A stretch of DNA of 64,000 nucleotides from NCBI GenBank assembly GCA_002269645.1, contig NIVC01000532.1:391319-455318 (forward strand), read 5' to 3'. Below are positions 49,097 to 62,134 of the stretch, piece after piece. A program made the position numbers and the translations under genes. The DNA comes from Macrostomum lignano. Taxonomy: Eukaryota. Below the pieces are notes generated by a model. The model searched no databases and was not told the DNA's origin. It saw nothing but the letters and a program-made list of their open reading frames with translations. Position 1 is the first letter of the stretch. Every line of letters starts with the position of its first letter.

Positions 49097-52000
49097 GAAT
49101 TATTTGAAGAGTTGTGAACGCTCTGCTACCAAATTTTTTGCTTGGACAACAAACTAATGAGCAGTTAGTAGATGGAGTGTATTTCGTGGCAGTGGAAGCA
49201 AAAGGTAAAGCAGAAAGAAAGGAACATGGACGCGCTTGAGGGGAGCAAAGCTAAGAGAAACCTGTAACGGAGAGAGCAGGTCTTGTACATAGATATAAAA
49301 GTGGTAAACGCAAAGGATGAGGTCACTATTGCTGGAATTGCTTGGCTTAACGGTAGGGATGAGGTCATAGACAATAAATAAGGTTAGCTGCAACTAATGT
49401 GTTAAAGGGACTAAAAGTACATGAAGACGTAAGACGAAGGCGAAGGCCCAAAAGAGGTGAAGTATTGGAGGATTATAATCCGACACCCATGATGTTGAAA
49501 CTCGGTCCATCACATCCTGTTACATTTCTTTAAACTAGTGTTAAATGCACACTATGTTTAGAATACTATCATTCTTCATGCACTATTTTTATTGATTTAG
49601 GGGCAGTCAAGTCCAAGCATGACTGTTTCGATAGCTTCATTATTTAGTTCCTTCATGCCTACATATACAGATAAATGTTTTTTAATCTACCCATTTCATC
49701 AAATTGTTTTCAGTTGTTTTTGTCCTGCAGTAACGTTTGTAAATCCTTTTGGATTGTAATACTTTAGCATAAACCAGTCAGTATACATGTACTTTTTAAA
49801 TTTCTTCTTGTTTAATAATATTGTATCCATTCATAGCAGACTAGAGTATATAGCTGTTTGCAAGACTACATTTCTTGCAAGAATAAAAAATATAAGACAA
49901 GAAAATGTCTTATTTATAATAAATAATCACATTTAGAGTCAAACATAGATAATTCTACAGAATATCAGGCTGCATTCATATGTACCATATATTAAGATGT
50001 CCAAACTCCAATATTCCATGCATATTTACAATGCAACAAAGCTTTTTGCAATCATATTTCATTTCTGTGCTTGATTTGTTTTGTATCTTCTTTCCAGTTT
50101 TTGCATCTTCTTGCACTTTTTGAGACTATACACAATGCACACGAATTTTCTCAGCTCTTTATATGCCATGTGTGCTATATTTAAACTGCCTTTGTAATTT
50201 CATACTTACTATAAAGCTTCTCTATTATACACTCATGCTTTAATTTTTGCTGTAGATGTATAAATATATTCTTTTTCCGTCTGAAGCAGACTTCTGAGTT
50301 AAAATATGAGTACATATAGATCTTCCTATAGATGTTTGAATCATCCGAAAGGATTATGTGATACATAAACTTTGCAATCATTCTTGTAACCACAGATATG
50401 AATTAGCGCCTAGCGGGATACTAAATTTCGCGCATAAATGCACATATCAGTCGTTCACGCTAAGAAATGTAGCTAACAATTTTCAGATAATGTTTTGAAT
50501 TACTATATTTGCGTTATCCAACGCAATGCGCATTGTAATTAATTTGTAAATAGCAAGAAAATGTCACGAACAAAGCAATGTAATACTTGAGATAGTACCC
50601 TGTTGCGCGACGCACAAATTGTTTAAAGTTAAACGAATGCGTATCATAGGTATACAGTCATATTATAACAAAATATGTTTATTTAAGGGTTCAGCGCTCC
50701 GTAAACAGAAAACTAATTAAATGAAATTATTATCTATTTTAAAATAATAAATTACTCTATAGAATTTGACGATGATATGCTGGTGTATTTCTAGTTTTCG
50801 TGCAATAAAATAATTCCGATATTAATATTTAAACAAAGCGGCATTCCATGCTGTCCTGACATTTTGTTGTGGTTTACGACACAAAATACGTTTGTTGCAT
50901 CTATAATGCGTTCTTAGGTAAAGATTGTGTCACGAATTTTTAAAGAAAAAAAACGGAAGCATAAGCAGTGCCTGATTTTGAGAACGACCCACTATATATT
51001 ATTGATAAATTTGGTTACTTGATAATATGCCAGATACATATAAGATAATAAAGACAATTAGTTTTTATTTGATATTTATTTTTTAGAGGCTATTATAAAA
51101 CCCAGGGATTTTAAACCTACTGAATTCCAATAAATCTATTGGAACTATTTTTGCATGCATTTTGAAATATGTAGAAGTTGAGCTTTAACAAAACGTTATT
51201 AATGGTAAGGAAATAAACAAAACTTAAAATTAAATTTGAATTAAAGTGACCTGCTTTAGTCAAAGATGCAATAAAGTGTAATAAAGCATATTTAGATTAT
51301 TTATATTCATCTTTACATATAAAAATTAAAACTCTGTCTATGTGTATGTGTATGTGTATATATACAATATTGATTGCTATGGACTCCCAAACCACTCAAT
51401 CAAATGACACCAAACTTTACACCCACCCTAGACTTACTACAAAGAATGTCTTAGGCTACCTTTAAATTTCCTAGACTCAAGTCTTCCTACCTAAAAGTAC
51501 AAAAAACTGTTTAAAATGCGCAATTTTTTCATTTATCCTCCATAGTGCCACTCCACTTCTACCAATTCTCTTCAAATCTGACACAGACAATTTTCAACTA
51601 TTTTGACACAATCGTGTAAAATTTCGAATCTGAAAGTTAATCCTGAACAGCACTGTGCACTTTTAAAGTTAGGCTGCTTTTTTTCAACGAGGCAGCCACC
51701 CCAACCTCCCCCCGCCTGCCTCTCTTTCCCAATCCCGATCTGGGCCCAGATGTGTAAAAGGGTTTCAAAATTGACTAACTTTCAGCTGCCATAAGCTTTC
51801 TCCACATAAAGCGATTGACTTTAAACTTGACACAATTTTTCATTGACTTATTCTCTGTCTAAATGTAAAGTTTCAACTCTGTATCTCAATCAGGACAGAA
51901 ACTGTAAGCATGTGAAGTTTGTCTGCTTCTTCTGTTGCTTGTGCTGCTAAATCACTCTCACTCATTCTTCCCACCCAGACAAAGGATCAGGCGATAGAGC

Positions 52001-52544
52001 TCAATGTACATAGCGAATGTATAGTGTTTTGGAATAACTTTTTAATAGCCTTCTCTGCACCCCACAAGTGGAGAGGCGTGAGAGGAAAGACAGTTTAGCG
52101 AGAGATTCAAACCACTGTCCTTTGAATAGACAAAGTCTGCAGCAGTTGAACAAGGATGACAATTGGCAAATCAAGGCAATGTGGGATGGTTTGTAAAAAT
52201 AGAGAAAAATTAATGAATAACTGATTACAATGCAATCCTACTAAATTAGTTACACCATGAAAATTTTAACATTAAGATTCATATAAGGTACTTTAAAATT
52301 TAAATGGCCTCCTAAGAAATGTGTATTTCCTTGGTTGTTAGACTGCTGCAGACTGTGGTGGTAGAGCTGGAGAATGGAGACACACAAATTCCTCTTAGGG
52401 CTGCTAATTGGCCAGAAAGATGACGTGATTAAAGCATGAGAAATGATAACAACTATGTCCCACAAACTGGCTTTCAAAGCAAAGATCAGCAGATTTTTAT
52501 CTCAAAGGCCAGATAAAGAATCCAGCTCATGGCTGCAGGCCAAA

Positions 52545-53100
52545 TGAGAGTGAAAAGGAAAAGGAATAGACTATTAGAAAGGGAGGAGGGGCGAGAGAGG
52601 ATAAGAGAATAGATAGAAAATAACAGGAGGGACGAGGGAGTTTGAGGAGAGAGCAGAGAATATGGGACAAATAAGTGAAAGGAGGGGAGAGAGAAAGGGA
52701 GAGGAAATAATAAAGGTGAGAAGATGGAGAGAGAAGAGGGGGGAGATGAGACAGAGGATTGATGAGAGAGGAGAGTAGAGAAGAGTGAGAAGAGATGAGA
52801 GATGAGAGAACAGAGAGGCAGATGAGAGAGGAGAGGGAAGAGAGAATAGAGAGCAGAGAGAAATGAGAAGAGATAAAAGAGGAGAAAGGAGATATGAGAG
52901 ACCAGAGAGAAGAGAGGAGATGAGATAGAAAAGAATAGAGGGGAGAGGGAAGAGATAAGAGAAGAGACGAGAGAGGAGAGAGGACAGAGGAGAGAAGAAA
53001 GAAGAGATAAGAGGAGAGAGAGAGAAGAGACAAGATAGGAAACAGAAAAGATTGAAGTTTCAAAGGATGCAAAGGACATAGGGAGAGGCAGAGGTAGAGG
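52545..53100. repeat. GA-rich polypurine low-complexity tract
   Basis: About 550 bp dominated by A and G on the plus strand. Confidence 0.9.
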
Positions 53101-53450
53101 CCAGAGTTTGCCTGACATTCTGCACAGCACCCCAGCCAACAATATCAATGTTTGCCTCAAATCCTAATTTTACATGAATGTACACTATTTCATGTTTTAC
53201 TCTATCCTAACTATTAACAAGTTTTTGTTTGAGTTTGACCTCAGATTTTAGAATACATGCAAAAAAATTCAGGGGAATGAAGTTCTCCGGGTTTAAAATC
53301 TGCGTGTTTCAACAGCTTGTATTTATATGTTTATATTCATATTCATATTCATATTCAGACCCTTGCTTGCCAACCTACTTGCATTCAATATAGAGTTAGA
53401 AGATCAGTCTCAACTGCCTTTAGCATGCATATATGGGTTTAGGTGATGCC

Positions 53451-53801
53451 TAGTCCTGGGTTTTTTTGTCAAAATCATTATGCCATTTGGCATAATAGCA
53501 TCAAACTTATTATGCCTTTATCAATTTTGACATGCCATTGGCATAAAATGCAAGATACAATTTGCCATTGATCGTACTGTACAAATTATAAATCATACAA
53601 CTGTCACAATAAACAAAGTAATATTTAAACAAATTTAAAAGCAAAATTGAAATTTAGAATTGGGTATTTAGCTTTGGCAATTTGGCAATGGCATAATGGC
53701 AAAAAATTGTTATACCATTTTGGCATAATAGCATCAATCATTATGCCATTTTTAATTTTGATATGCCATGGCATGCCTATGACATGAAAAACCTAGGCCT
53801 A
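53451..53801. mobile_element. Degenerate MITE-like element (hAT-like ends)
   Basis: Imperfect TIRs TAGTCCTGGGTTTTT / AAAAACCTAGGCCTA and many internal TATGCCA/TGGCATA motifs. No intact TSD. Confidence 0.4.
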
Positions 53802-54243
53802 GTTTATTTCTAGCATGACATAGTCACAATAAGAATGTAGGCAGAATTGCCAAGAATGGATTGAAATATTTGGAAGAGACACCCCCCCCCCCCAAATAGC
53901 AGGTTTATTCATAACCAAAAAAATGCAGAGTTAGAGAACTATGTAGGGGGGGGAGGCATTTTTACTGGACCAGGACTCTTGCAAAGAAAAATACAAATAA
54001 ATAAGCAGTGCAGGAAAGGACGACATGTCCTTTAAAACAGGCTGGAAGAGGTGTACTCACTACAATGTTATTTAATTTTAGACTGAGTCTATGACAAAAA
54101 AACGAGTTAAAATTACACAAATAGAAAATAACTACAGGAATATGCTAGTATTTAGAACTTTCCACTGAGTTAACTTTTGAATTTGAAGAATATTTAAAGC
54201 ATTAAGACTGTCTGTAATAGACAATAAAAAACTACCTACGCAG

Positions 54244-54770
54244 ATTCGATTGAGCCAGTAGCTGCGCTGTCCTCATCAACTACTGACACAAGTAGTAGTA
54301 ACAGTAGCAGTGGCGTATACAGAAGGCCCGACCAAGCCAAATACGTGCCACCAGGCCGCCGGGCCCTGCTAATCCGCGAAGCCGAAGAGGCCGACGATTG
54401 TCGTCGACGTCGTGAGGCCGATGAACAGCGTCGAAGACGCGAAGCTCGTCGGGAGGCCGCTGACCGAGAAAAGTGGGTGAGACGGCGACCAACAGCGCTA
54501 GCAACGGAATCGACTACGCCGGACATTGCCAGTCTGTCGTTGTCGCCGACAAACTCTTCTAGCATCGACACTGGCAAGCTGGGCCACCTTATGGAGCTGT
54601 ATGACTTTGCCAGTGATTTGCACGTTGACGATGTCGGTCATTCGTTGCGCCGATTCGGCCAGCCGAGGATTCAATTTGTTGACGATGGTCACCTGCTGGC
54701 GGCGTTCGCCTCGGCTGGCGAGGCCGAACAGGCGGCGATGAGGCCGCCGGATTGTCTCAGAATGAGACCG
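54244..54770 (+). CDS. R3HCC1L: R3HCC1/R3HCC1L-like RNA-binding protein, penultimate exon (5' exon not located)
   Basis: YRRPDQAKYVPPGRR resembles family RRPDQALYVP. HLMELYDFASDLHVDDV...IQFVDDGHLLAAF resembles the RRM HVIEIYDFP..F.TEDL...IKWVDDTHALGVF. Acceptor tacgcag at 54243, donor GTAAGG at 54771. Confidence 0.75.
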
Positions 54771-54774
54771 GTAA

Positions 54775-55060
54775 GGGGATTTCGGTGTCTAGGGGTTGCC
54801 AGGGGATTTCGGTGTCTAGGGGTTGCCAGGGGATTTCGGTGTCTAGGGGTTGCCAGGGGATTTCGGTGTCTAGGGGTTGCCAGGGGATTTCGGCGTCCAC
54901 AAAGGATTTCGGTGTCTAGGGGTTGCCAGGGCATTTCGGTGTCTAGGGGTTGCCAGGGGATTTCGGCGTCCACAAAGGATTTCGGTGTCTAGGGGTTGCC
55001 AGGGGATTTCGGCGTCTGGGGTTGCCAGGGGATTTCGGCGTCTGGGGTTGTCAGGGGATT
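54775..55060. repeat. ~27-bp minisatellite (GGATTTCGGTGTCTAGGGGTTGCCAGG) in the R3HCC1L-like intron
   Basis: Begins immediately after the donor. Confidence 0.9.
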
Positions 55061-55117
55061 TAGCAATGGGGTCAATAGTTGAAGCAATAAGAGTCGGCTC
55101 GGCCGTTTCCTCTTCAG

Positions 55118-55378
55118 GTGTCTCAGGCCAGCCCGGCAGTGGCCGCATTCATAGCCGCTTGCGTTGCCTCAAATCAGACCGACACGACTTTGGCGCCGGC
55201 GAAACGGCGCCCAGAAACCGACGTCAAAGTGGCGCACCGATTCATCCGCAATCATCTGGGCGGTGCGCGGGCCAGCAGTGCCGGCCTTGGCGGCAGGCAG
55301 AAGGACGGCGGCATTGGCGACAGCCGCATGAACTCGCGCTGCAGCGATGGCAATTGGCGATCTCTGCGAAGTCAGTAG
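55118..55378 (+). CDS. R3HCC1L: R3HCC1/R3HCC1L-like, last exon
   Basis: Acceptor tcctcttcag at 55117, phase 0 (MRP|VSQAS). LAPAKRRPETDVKVAHRFIRNHLG resembles [24 protein letters not shown]. TAG at 55376. Confidence 0.75.
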   Translation: MSQASPAVAAFIAACVASNQTDTTLAPAKRRPETDVKVAHRFIRNHLGGARASSAGLGGRQKDGGIGDSRMNSRCSDGNWRSLRSQ

Positions 55379-55384
55379 GTTACT

Positions 55385-55510
55385 GTACTATGGTTCCGTG
55401 TGTACTATGGTTCCGTGTGTACTATGGTTCCGTGTGTACTATGGTTCCGTGTGTACTATGGTTCCGTGTGTACTATGGTTCCGTGTGTACTATGGTTCCG
55501 TGTGTACTAT
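55385..55510. repeat. 17-bp repeat (TACTATGGTTCCGTGTG) x7 directly after the stop codon
   Basis: Perfect tandem copies. Confidence 0.93.
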
Positions 55511-55585
55511 TTCCTCTGGTTGTTTTGATTTATAGTTTATTCTTTAATTCGTTGCTTAAAATGCTTTTTAAGGGGCCAATCGGCC

Positions 55586-55690
55586 AGATTCTCAGTTGCT
55601 GGGCCAGCCTCCCAGATGCTCAGTTTCTGGGCCAGCCTCCCAGTTCCTCAGTTTCTGGGCCAGCCTCCCAGATGCTCAGTTGCTGGGCCA
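55586..55690. repeat. Short copy (~4 units) of the 28-bp PHB2-intron-2 minisatellite, inverted
   Basis: CTCAGTTGCTGGGCCAGCCTCCCAGAT is the reverse complement of the 36922-37435 unit. Confidence 0.85.
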
Positions 55691-56067
55691 CCTTTATTTT
55701 ACTTACTTTCATGAGTCGTAGCTGTACATACGCATTGTTAACTAGCTAATTTGTAACTTTTTTTCCGGTTCTATATCAAGAACAGTAACACGAAGTGTTG
55801 AATAATTAATAAATTTAAGCTTATTCGATGTAACTTTTATCAGCACAGCTTTAGCTTTTAATTCCTGTTTGTTTGAAATTCTCTATCTCTCTTTCACCGA
55901 AAAATTATGTTTTTTACTATTGTTAACGATTGTGTTGTTAATTGTAAAAATTTTTGGTGGAACAGACGGCATTGTGCAAATCCATAATCGATCTCACCGT
56001 TCTCACCCGGTTACGTTTCTTCATTCTAGACTGGACCGAACTCTGTCTGTCATTGTGAACTGGCTTA

Positions 56068-57190
56068 CTGCGTGTTTTCTAGGAATTGTCACTCTGTTGC
56101 GTGTTTTCTAGGAATTGTCACTCTGTTACGTGTTTCCTAGGAATTGTCACTCTGTTGCGTGTTTCCTAGGAATTGTCACTGTTGCGTGTTTTCTAGGAAT
56201 TGTCACTCTGTTGCGTGTTTTCTAGGAATTGTCACTCTGTTGCATGTTTTCTAGGAATTGTCACTCTGTTGCGTGTTTCCTAGGAATTGTCACTCTGTTG
56301 CGTGTTTCCTAGGAATTGTCACTCTGTTGCGTGTTTCCTAGGAATTGTCACTCTGTTACGTGTTTCCTAGGAATTGTCACTCTGTTGCGTGTTTCCTAGG
56401 AATTGTCACTCTGTTGCGTGTTTCCTAGGAATTGTCACTCTGTTGCGTGTTTTCTAGGAATTGTCACTCTGTTGCGTGTTTTCTAGGAATTGTCACTCTG
56501 TTACGTGTTTCCTAGGAATTGTCACTCTGTTGCGTGTTTTCTATGAATTGTCACTCTGTTGCGTGTTTTCTATGAATTGTCACTCTGTTGCGTGTTTTCT
56601 AGGAATTGTCACTGTGTTGCGTGTTTTCTACGAATTGTCACTCTGTTGCATGTTTTCTAGGAATTGTCACTCTGTTGCGTGTTTTCTAGGAATTGTCACT
56701 CTGTTGCGTGTTTTCTAGGAATTGTCACTCTGTTGCGTGTTTTCTAGGAATTGTCACTCTGTTGCGTGTTTTCTAGGAATTGTCACTCTGTTGCGTGTTT
56801 TCTAGGAATTGTCACTCTGTTGCGTGTTTTCTAGGAATTGTCACTCTGTTGCGTGTTTTCTACGAATTGTCACTCTGTTGCATGTTTTCTAGGAATTGTC
56901 ACTCTGTTGCGTGTTTTCTAGGAATTGTCACTCTGTTGCGTGTTTTCTAGGAATTGTCACTCTGTTGCGTGTTTTCTAGGAATTGTCACTCTGTTGCGTG
57001 TTTTCTACGAATTGTCACTCTGTTGCATGTTTTCTAGGAATTGTCACTCTGTTGCGTGTTTTCTAGGAATTGTCACTCTGTTGCGTGTTTTCTAGGAATT
57101 GTCACTCTGTTGCGTGTTTTCTAGGAATTGTCACTCTGTTGCGTGTTTCCTAGGAATTGTCACTCTGTTGCGTGCGTGTTTTCTAGGATT
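56068..57190. repeat. 29-bp minisatellite (TTGCGTGTTTTCTAGGAATTGTCACTCTG)
   Basis: About 38 tandem copies. Confidence 0.96.
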
Positions 57191-57849
57191 TCTAGCGTTC
57201 TGTCGCCGTCACCCTCTCAGCCGCAGCATTAGCCTTGCATTTTTCCCCTCATAAATGCCGTTATTTTCTCACGTTTTTAGCCTAAAAAACGCAGTGGTTA
57301 ATAAATAAGTTCTCTTTATATAATCTGCTGTATTTAGCTAGCTAGGATAATTCCAACTCTGTCATTTATGCATAGCCGATGCGAAGATTATTTAAGTTGT
57401 GTTTAATTTATTCTTTGTTTTGTCTTACTGCACCGCTTTATTATCGCAGTGTAAGTGCACGCAATTCGTTAAGTAAATGAACGGTTATAAATATAATGTT
57501 TACTATATATATATATATATTTGTTTTGCAGCATAAATTATTTTCTATTCCATTACCTCGTATATTTGTAATAATTTCCTGCTTCAGATTAAGTTTTTTA
57601 TAATAGTTAATACTTAAAATGCGTTACATTCTACTGTTTAGTAAGCGAGAGTAGTCTGATTTGCGGTAGTGCAATAATTAATTGCCTATGGTTGTTCATT
57701 AGTTTCAGCGGATTGTTTGCGTCGATCGTTCACCTGAAATGGGTAAATTTTACATAACTGGGAGTGTTGTGACCGGTAAAACTGTAGAATTGCTTCTCAA
57801 ATTTTTATAAAAATGCTACTTTTCTACCGGCCTGAGAGTCGCCTCTTAA

Positions 57850-59852
57850 CCGCCCTTAAAATCGCCTCTTTTCCACCCTGAATCACCCTAAACTGCCCTA
57901 AGAATCGACATTGAGAATCGCCCTAAACCGCCCTAATAATCGCCATTGAGAATCACCGTAAACCGCCCTAAGAATCGCCCTAAACCGTCTTGAGAATCGC
58001 CCTAAACCGCCCTAAGAATCGCCATTGAGAATCGCCCTAAACTGCCATAGAAATCGCTATTAAGAATCGCCTTAAACCGTCTTGAGAATCGCCGTAAACC
58101 GCCCTAAAAATCGCCATTGAGAATCGCCCTTAACTGCCCTAAGAATCGCCCTAATCTGTCCTAAGAGTCGCCATTGAGAATCGCCCTAATCTGCCCTAAG
58201 AATCGCCATTGAGAATCGCCCTAAACTGCCCTAAGAATCGCCATTGAGAATCGCCCTAAACTGCCCTAAGAATCGCCATTGAGAATCGCCCTAAACCGCC
58301 CTGAGAATCGCCGTAAACCGCCCTAAAAATCGCCATTGAGAATCGCCCTTAACTGCCCTAAGAATCGCCATTGAGAATCGCCCTTAACTGCCCTAAGAAT
58401 CGCCATTGAGAATCGTCCTAAACTGCCATAGAAATCGCTATTAAGAATCGCCTTAAACCGTCTTGAGAATCGCCGTAAACCGCCCTAAAAATCGCCATTG
58501 AGAATCGCCCTTAACTGCCCTAAGAATCGCCCTAATCTGTCCTAAGAGTCGCCATTGAGAATCGCCCTAATCTGCCCTAAGAATCGCCATTGAGAATCGC
58601 CCTAAACTGCCCTAAGAATCGCCATTGAGAATCGCCCTAAACTGCCCTAAGAATCGCCATTGAGAATCGCCCTAAACTGCCCTAAGAATCGCCATTGAGA
58701 ATCGCCCTAAACCGCCCTGAGAATCGCCGTAAACCGCCCTAAAAATCGCCATTGAGAATCGCCCTTAACTGCCCTAAGAATCGCCATTGAGAATCGCCCT
58801 TAACTGCCCTAAGAATCGCCCTAATCTGCCCTAAGAATCGCGATTGAGAATCGCCGTAAACCGCCCTAAGAATCGCCATTCAGAATCGCCCTAAACTGCC
58901 CTAGGAATCGCTATTGAGAATCGCCGTAAACCGCCCTTAAAATCGCCATTGAGAATCGCCGTAAACCGCCCTAAGAATCGCCATTGAGAATCGCCGTAAA
59001 CTGCCTTAAGAATCGCCATTGAGAATCGCCGTAAACTGCCTTAAGAATCGTCATTGAGAATCGCCCTAAACCGCTTTAAGAATCGCCATTGAGAATCGCC
59101 CTAAACTGCCCTAAGAATCGCCATTCAGAATCGCCCTAAACCGCCCTAAGAATCGCCATTGAGAATCGCCCTAAACTGCCCTAAGAATCGCCATTGAGAA
59201 TCGTCCTAAACCGCCTTTAGAATCACCCTAAACTGCCCTAAGAATCGCCATTGAGAATCGCCCTAAACCGCCCTAAGAATCGCTATTGAGAATCGCCGTA
59301 AACCGCCCTAAGAATCGCCATTCAGAATCGCCCTAAACTGCCCTAGGAATCGCTATTGAGAATCGCCGTAAACCGCCCTTAAAATCGCCATTGAGAATCG
59401 CCGTAAACCGCCCTAAGAATCGCCATTGAGAATCGCCGTAAACTGCCTTAAGAATCGCCATTGAGAATCGCCGTAAACTGCCTTAAGAATCGTCATTGAG
59501 AATCGCCCTAAACCGCCCTAAGAATCGCCATTGAGAATCGCCCTAAACTGCCCTAAGAATCGCCATTGAGAATCGTCCTAAACCGCCTTTAGAATCACCC
59601 TAAACTGCCCTAAGAATCGCCATTGAGAATCGCCCTAAACCGCCCTAAGAATCGCCATTGAGAATCGCCCTAAACTGCCCTAAGAATCGCCATTGAGAAT
59701 CGTCCTAAACCGCCTTTAGAATCACCCTAAACTGCCCTAAGAATCGCCATTGAGAATCGCCCTAAACCGCTTTAAGAATCGCCATTGAGAATCGCCCTAA
59801 ACCGCTTTAAGAATCGCCATTGAGAATCGCCCTAAACCGCCCTGAGAATCGC
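57850..59852. repeat. ~35-bp composite minisatellite (GAGAATCGCCCTAAACCGCCCTAAGAATCGCCATT)
   Basis: About 2 kb of tandem copies with up to two CCCTAA per unit. Confidence 0.96.
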
Positions 59853-60552
59853 CTGTCAGCACACAACAGTTTTGTCAGGGGAAAAGTTGAAGAGAAAGGG
59901 ATTAGTGTCGGCATCCGCTATGCGGCAGGTACCGCCATCGCCCAGCGCAGCCCGCTATCGATTGAGCATGATAACTTGAGGCAGGAAATAATTGCTGTTG
60001 GCTAAACTCACTCGCTAAGAGAAAAATCGCTAAGCAGGGGCTGGGCGAGGCGCTTAAATAATGGACGGACTGTTGGCAGGGGAGGGGAGGGGGCAGTTTT
60101 GGGAGGGGACCCCGGGCCCCGGCCGCCACTCTGCCGGCCCAGAGAGAGGAGAAGTATCGATAATCATTAATTTCTCTTAGTTTTCCCATTAGCGTTGGGA
60201 TAATGAGAGGCTGGGGGAAACTAGGCCCAGATTTTCATTGATTTTCGCCATCTTACTTTTCCCTTCTCCGTTACCCCCCCCCCGTCTCCGGCGCGTCGCG
60301 CTTCGGTTGCCCATCCGCGGCATTCCCACGCTGGAATTGAAACAGCAGCTCCTTGTATGTCTCTCTTTTAGAAGAAGAAAGTGGAACAGCGGTGGCCCTG
60401 TGCTGCTGAATGATCGATTTTCAGCTCCTTCATTCCTAGATTGCAGGCTCCTCAAATTTTCCTGGCACCACCAGGTTGCGTGCTCGTCCTTTCACCTTTT
60501 CGAAAATTTGTTTACCTGATTCAGCTAATGGGTTGTTTTTCAATGTCGAGTT

Positions 60553-61272
60553 AGATTAGGGCAGAGGATTATCAATATGCAGGTAGATTAAGGCAGAGGA
60601 TTATCCAATATGCAGGTAGATTAAGGCAGAGGATTATCCAATATGCAGGTAGATTAAGGCAGAGGATTATTCAATATGGAGGTAGATTAAGGCAGAGGAT
60701 TATCCAATATGCAGGTAGATTAAGGCAGAGGATTATCCAATATGCAGGTAGATTAAGGCAGAGGATTATCCAATATGCAGGTAGATTAAGGCAGAGGATT
60801 ATCCAATATACAGGTAGATTAGGGCAGAGGATTATCCAATATGCAGGTAGATTAGGGCAGAGGATTATCCTATATCCAGGTAGATTAAGGCAGAGGATTA
60901 TCCTATATCCAGGTAGATTAGGGCAGAGGATTATCCAATATGCAGGTAGATTAGGGCCGAGGATTATCCAATATGCAGGTAGATTAAGGCAGAGGATTAT
61001 CCAATATCCAGGTAGATTAAGGCAGAGGATTATCCAATATCGATGGAGATTAAGGCAGAGGATTATCCAATATCCAGGTAGATTAAGGCAGAGGATTATC
61101 CAATATCCAGGTAGATTTAGGCAGAGGATTATCCAATATTAAGTAGATTAAGGCAGAGGATTATCCAATATCCAGGTAGATTAAGGCAGAGGAGTATCCT
61201 ATATCCAGGTAGATTAAGGCAGAGGATTATCCAATATCCAGGTACATTAAGGCAAGGGATTTCCCAATATCC
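60553..61272. repeat. 33-bp minisatellite (AGGTAGATTAAGGCAGAGGATTATCCAATATGC)
   Basis: About 21 copies, some with TTAGGG instead of TTAAGG. Confidence 0.95.
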
Positions 61273-62134
61273 TAGATGACCTATATAGGTTTAAACAAGT
61301 CCTGACAGGACATTGCAACCATCCATCGTTTCACTTCTGCACGCTCGGAAATCTACTGCAGCAGGCAAATCTGCGTTTTTTATTCTACCGGGCAACCGCT
61401 GCCAAACTTTTGCTTCTAGGAGAAAGTAATTTTCTTCAAGAACCCGAGGTAGCCAGCCAGGAAAGGGAGTGAAGTGGCAACAGCCGCGTCAGGCAATGAA
61501 TTTTCGAATTAGTAAACAAAAGCGCTTGGATGAAGTGAGAAGGCTGGCTTTTTGCTTCTCGGACCAGAGTGGACTCAGTTTTTCAACCTGGAAAAAGGAG
61601 AGATTTTTCACGGCAAGAGGAGATGGATTTTTTGACTGGTTAAAGACGTTCGCATGCCACTAATCAGAGACCAGGTTCTCCTCTTTGTTGCGGGCTGAAT
61701 ATTAAATGAAGCAATCTTTCCACAAATCCTTTTCTCTTAACTAACGCAGCTCTTAATCTTGATGAAGCTGCCGCATGGCAGTGGTGTTCCAGCGTCACCT
61801 GCTCAGTCTTGAACCCTCTTGGGTTAGCCTGCCAGAAATACTTCAGGTAGAAAGAGATTCTCTCTGCTGCCGTGCACGTGGCCGCGTTCTGGACAGCTCT
61901 GCGTTGAACTGTCAGATTCCCAGGCAATGCCGATCAAGAGGGGGCATGCTTATACTAAATATTATGCTATAATTTTATAGCTTCTATTGAGCTGTGAACT
62001 GATGAAGCTTTGAATCTGTTTGGGATTGGGCGTATAGATGTATGGGAAAGATATGGGAGTTAGTGCGAGATATGGAGAGTGAGAGGTGAGATGGGAAATA
62101 GGTACGGGGGTGAGAGAGGGAGAGGTAATAGATA

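Larger units (their letters stand above)
44234..50990 (+). mobile_element. Sola2-like DNA transposon (6757 bp)
   Basis: Perfect 20-bp TIR GGGTCGTTCTCAAAATCAGG (44234-44253, 50971-50990), 4-bp TSD ACTA and an internal DDD-type transposase. The superfamily call rests on recalled Sola2 motifs, GRG-type ends and the 4-bp TSD. Confidence 0.82.

Noticed and set aside
49154-49393. RFLLALLPSSAS peptide reminiscent of the hAT dimerisation motif
   Set aside because: Too short, lacks the following ERxFS, and has no surrounding homology.
51370-51900. Sequence with the texture of a non-autonomous DNA transposon
   Set aside because: No TIR or TSD could be delimited.
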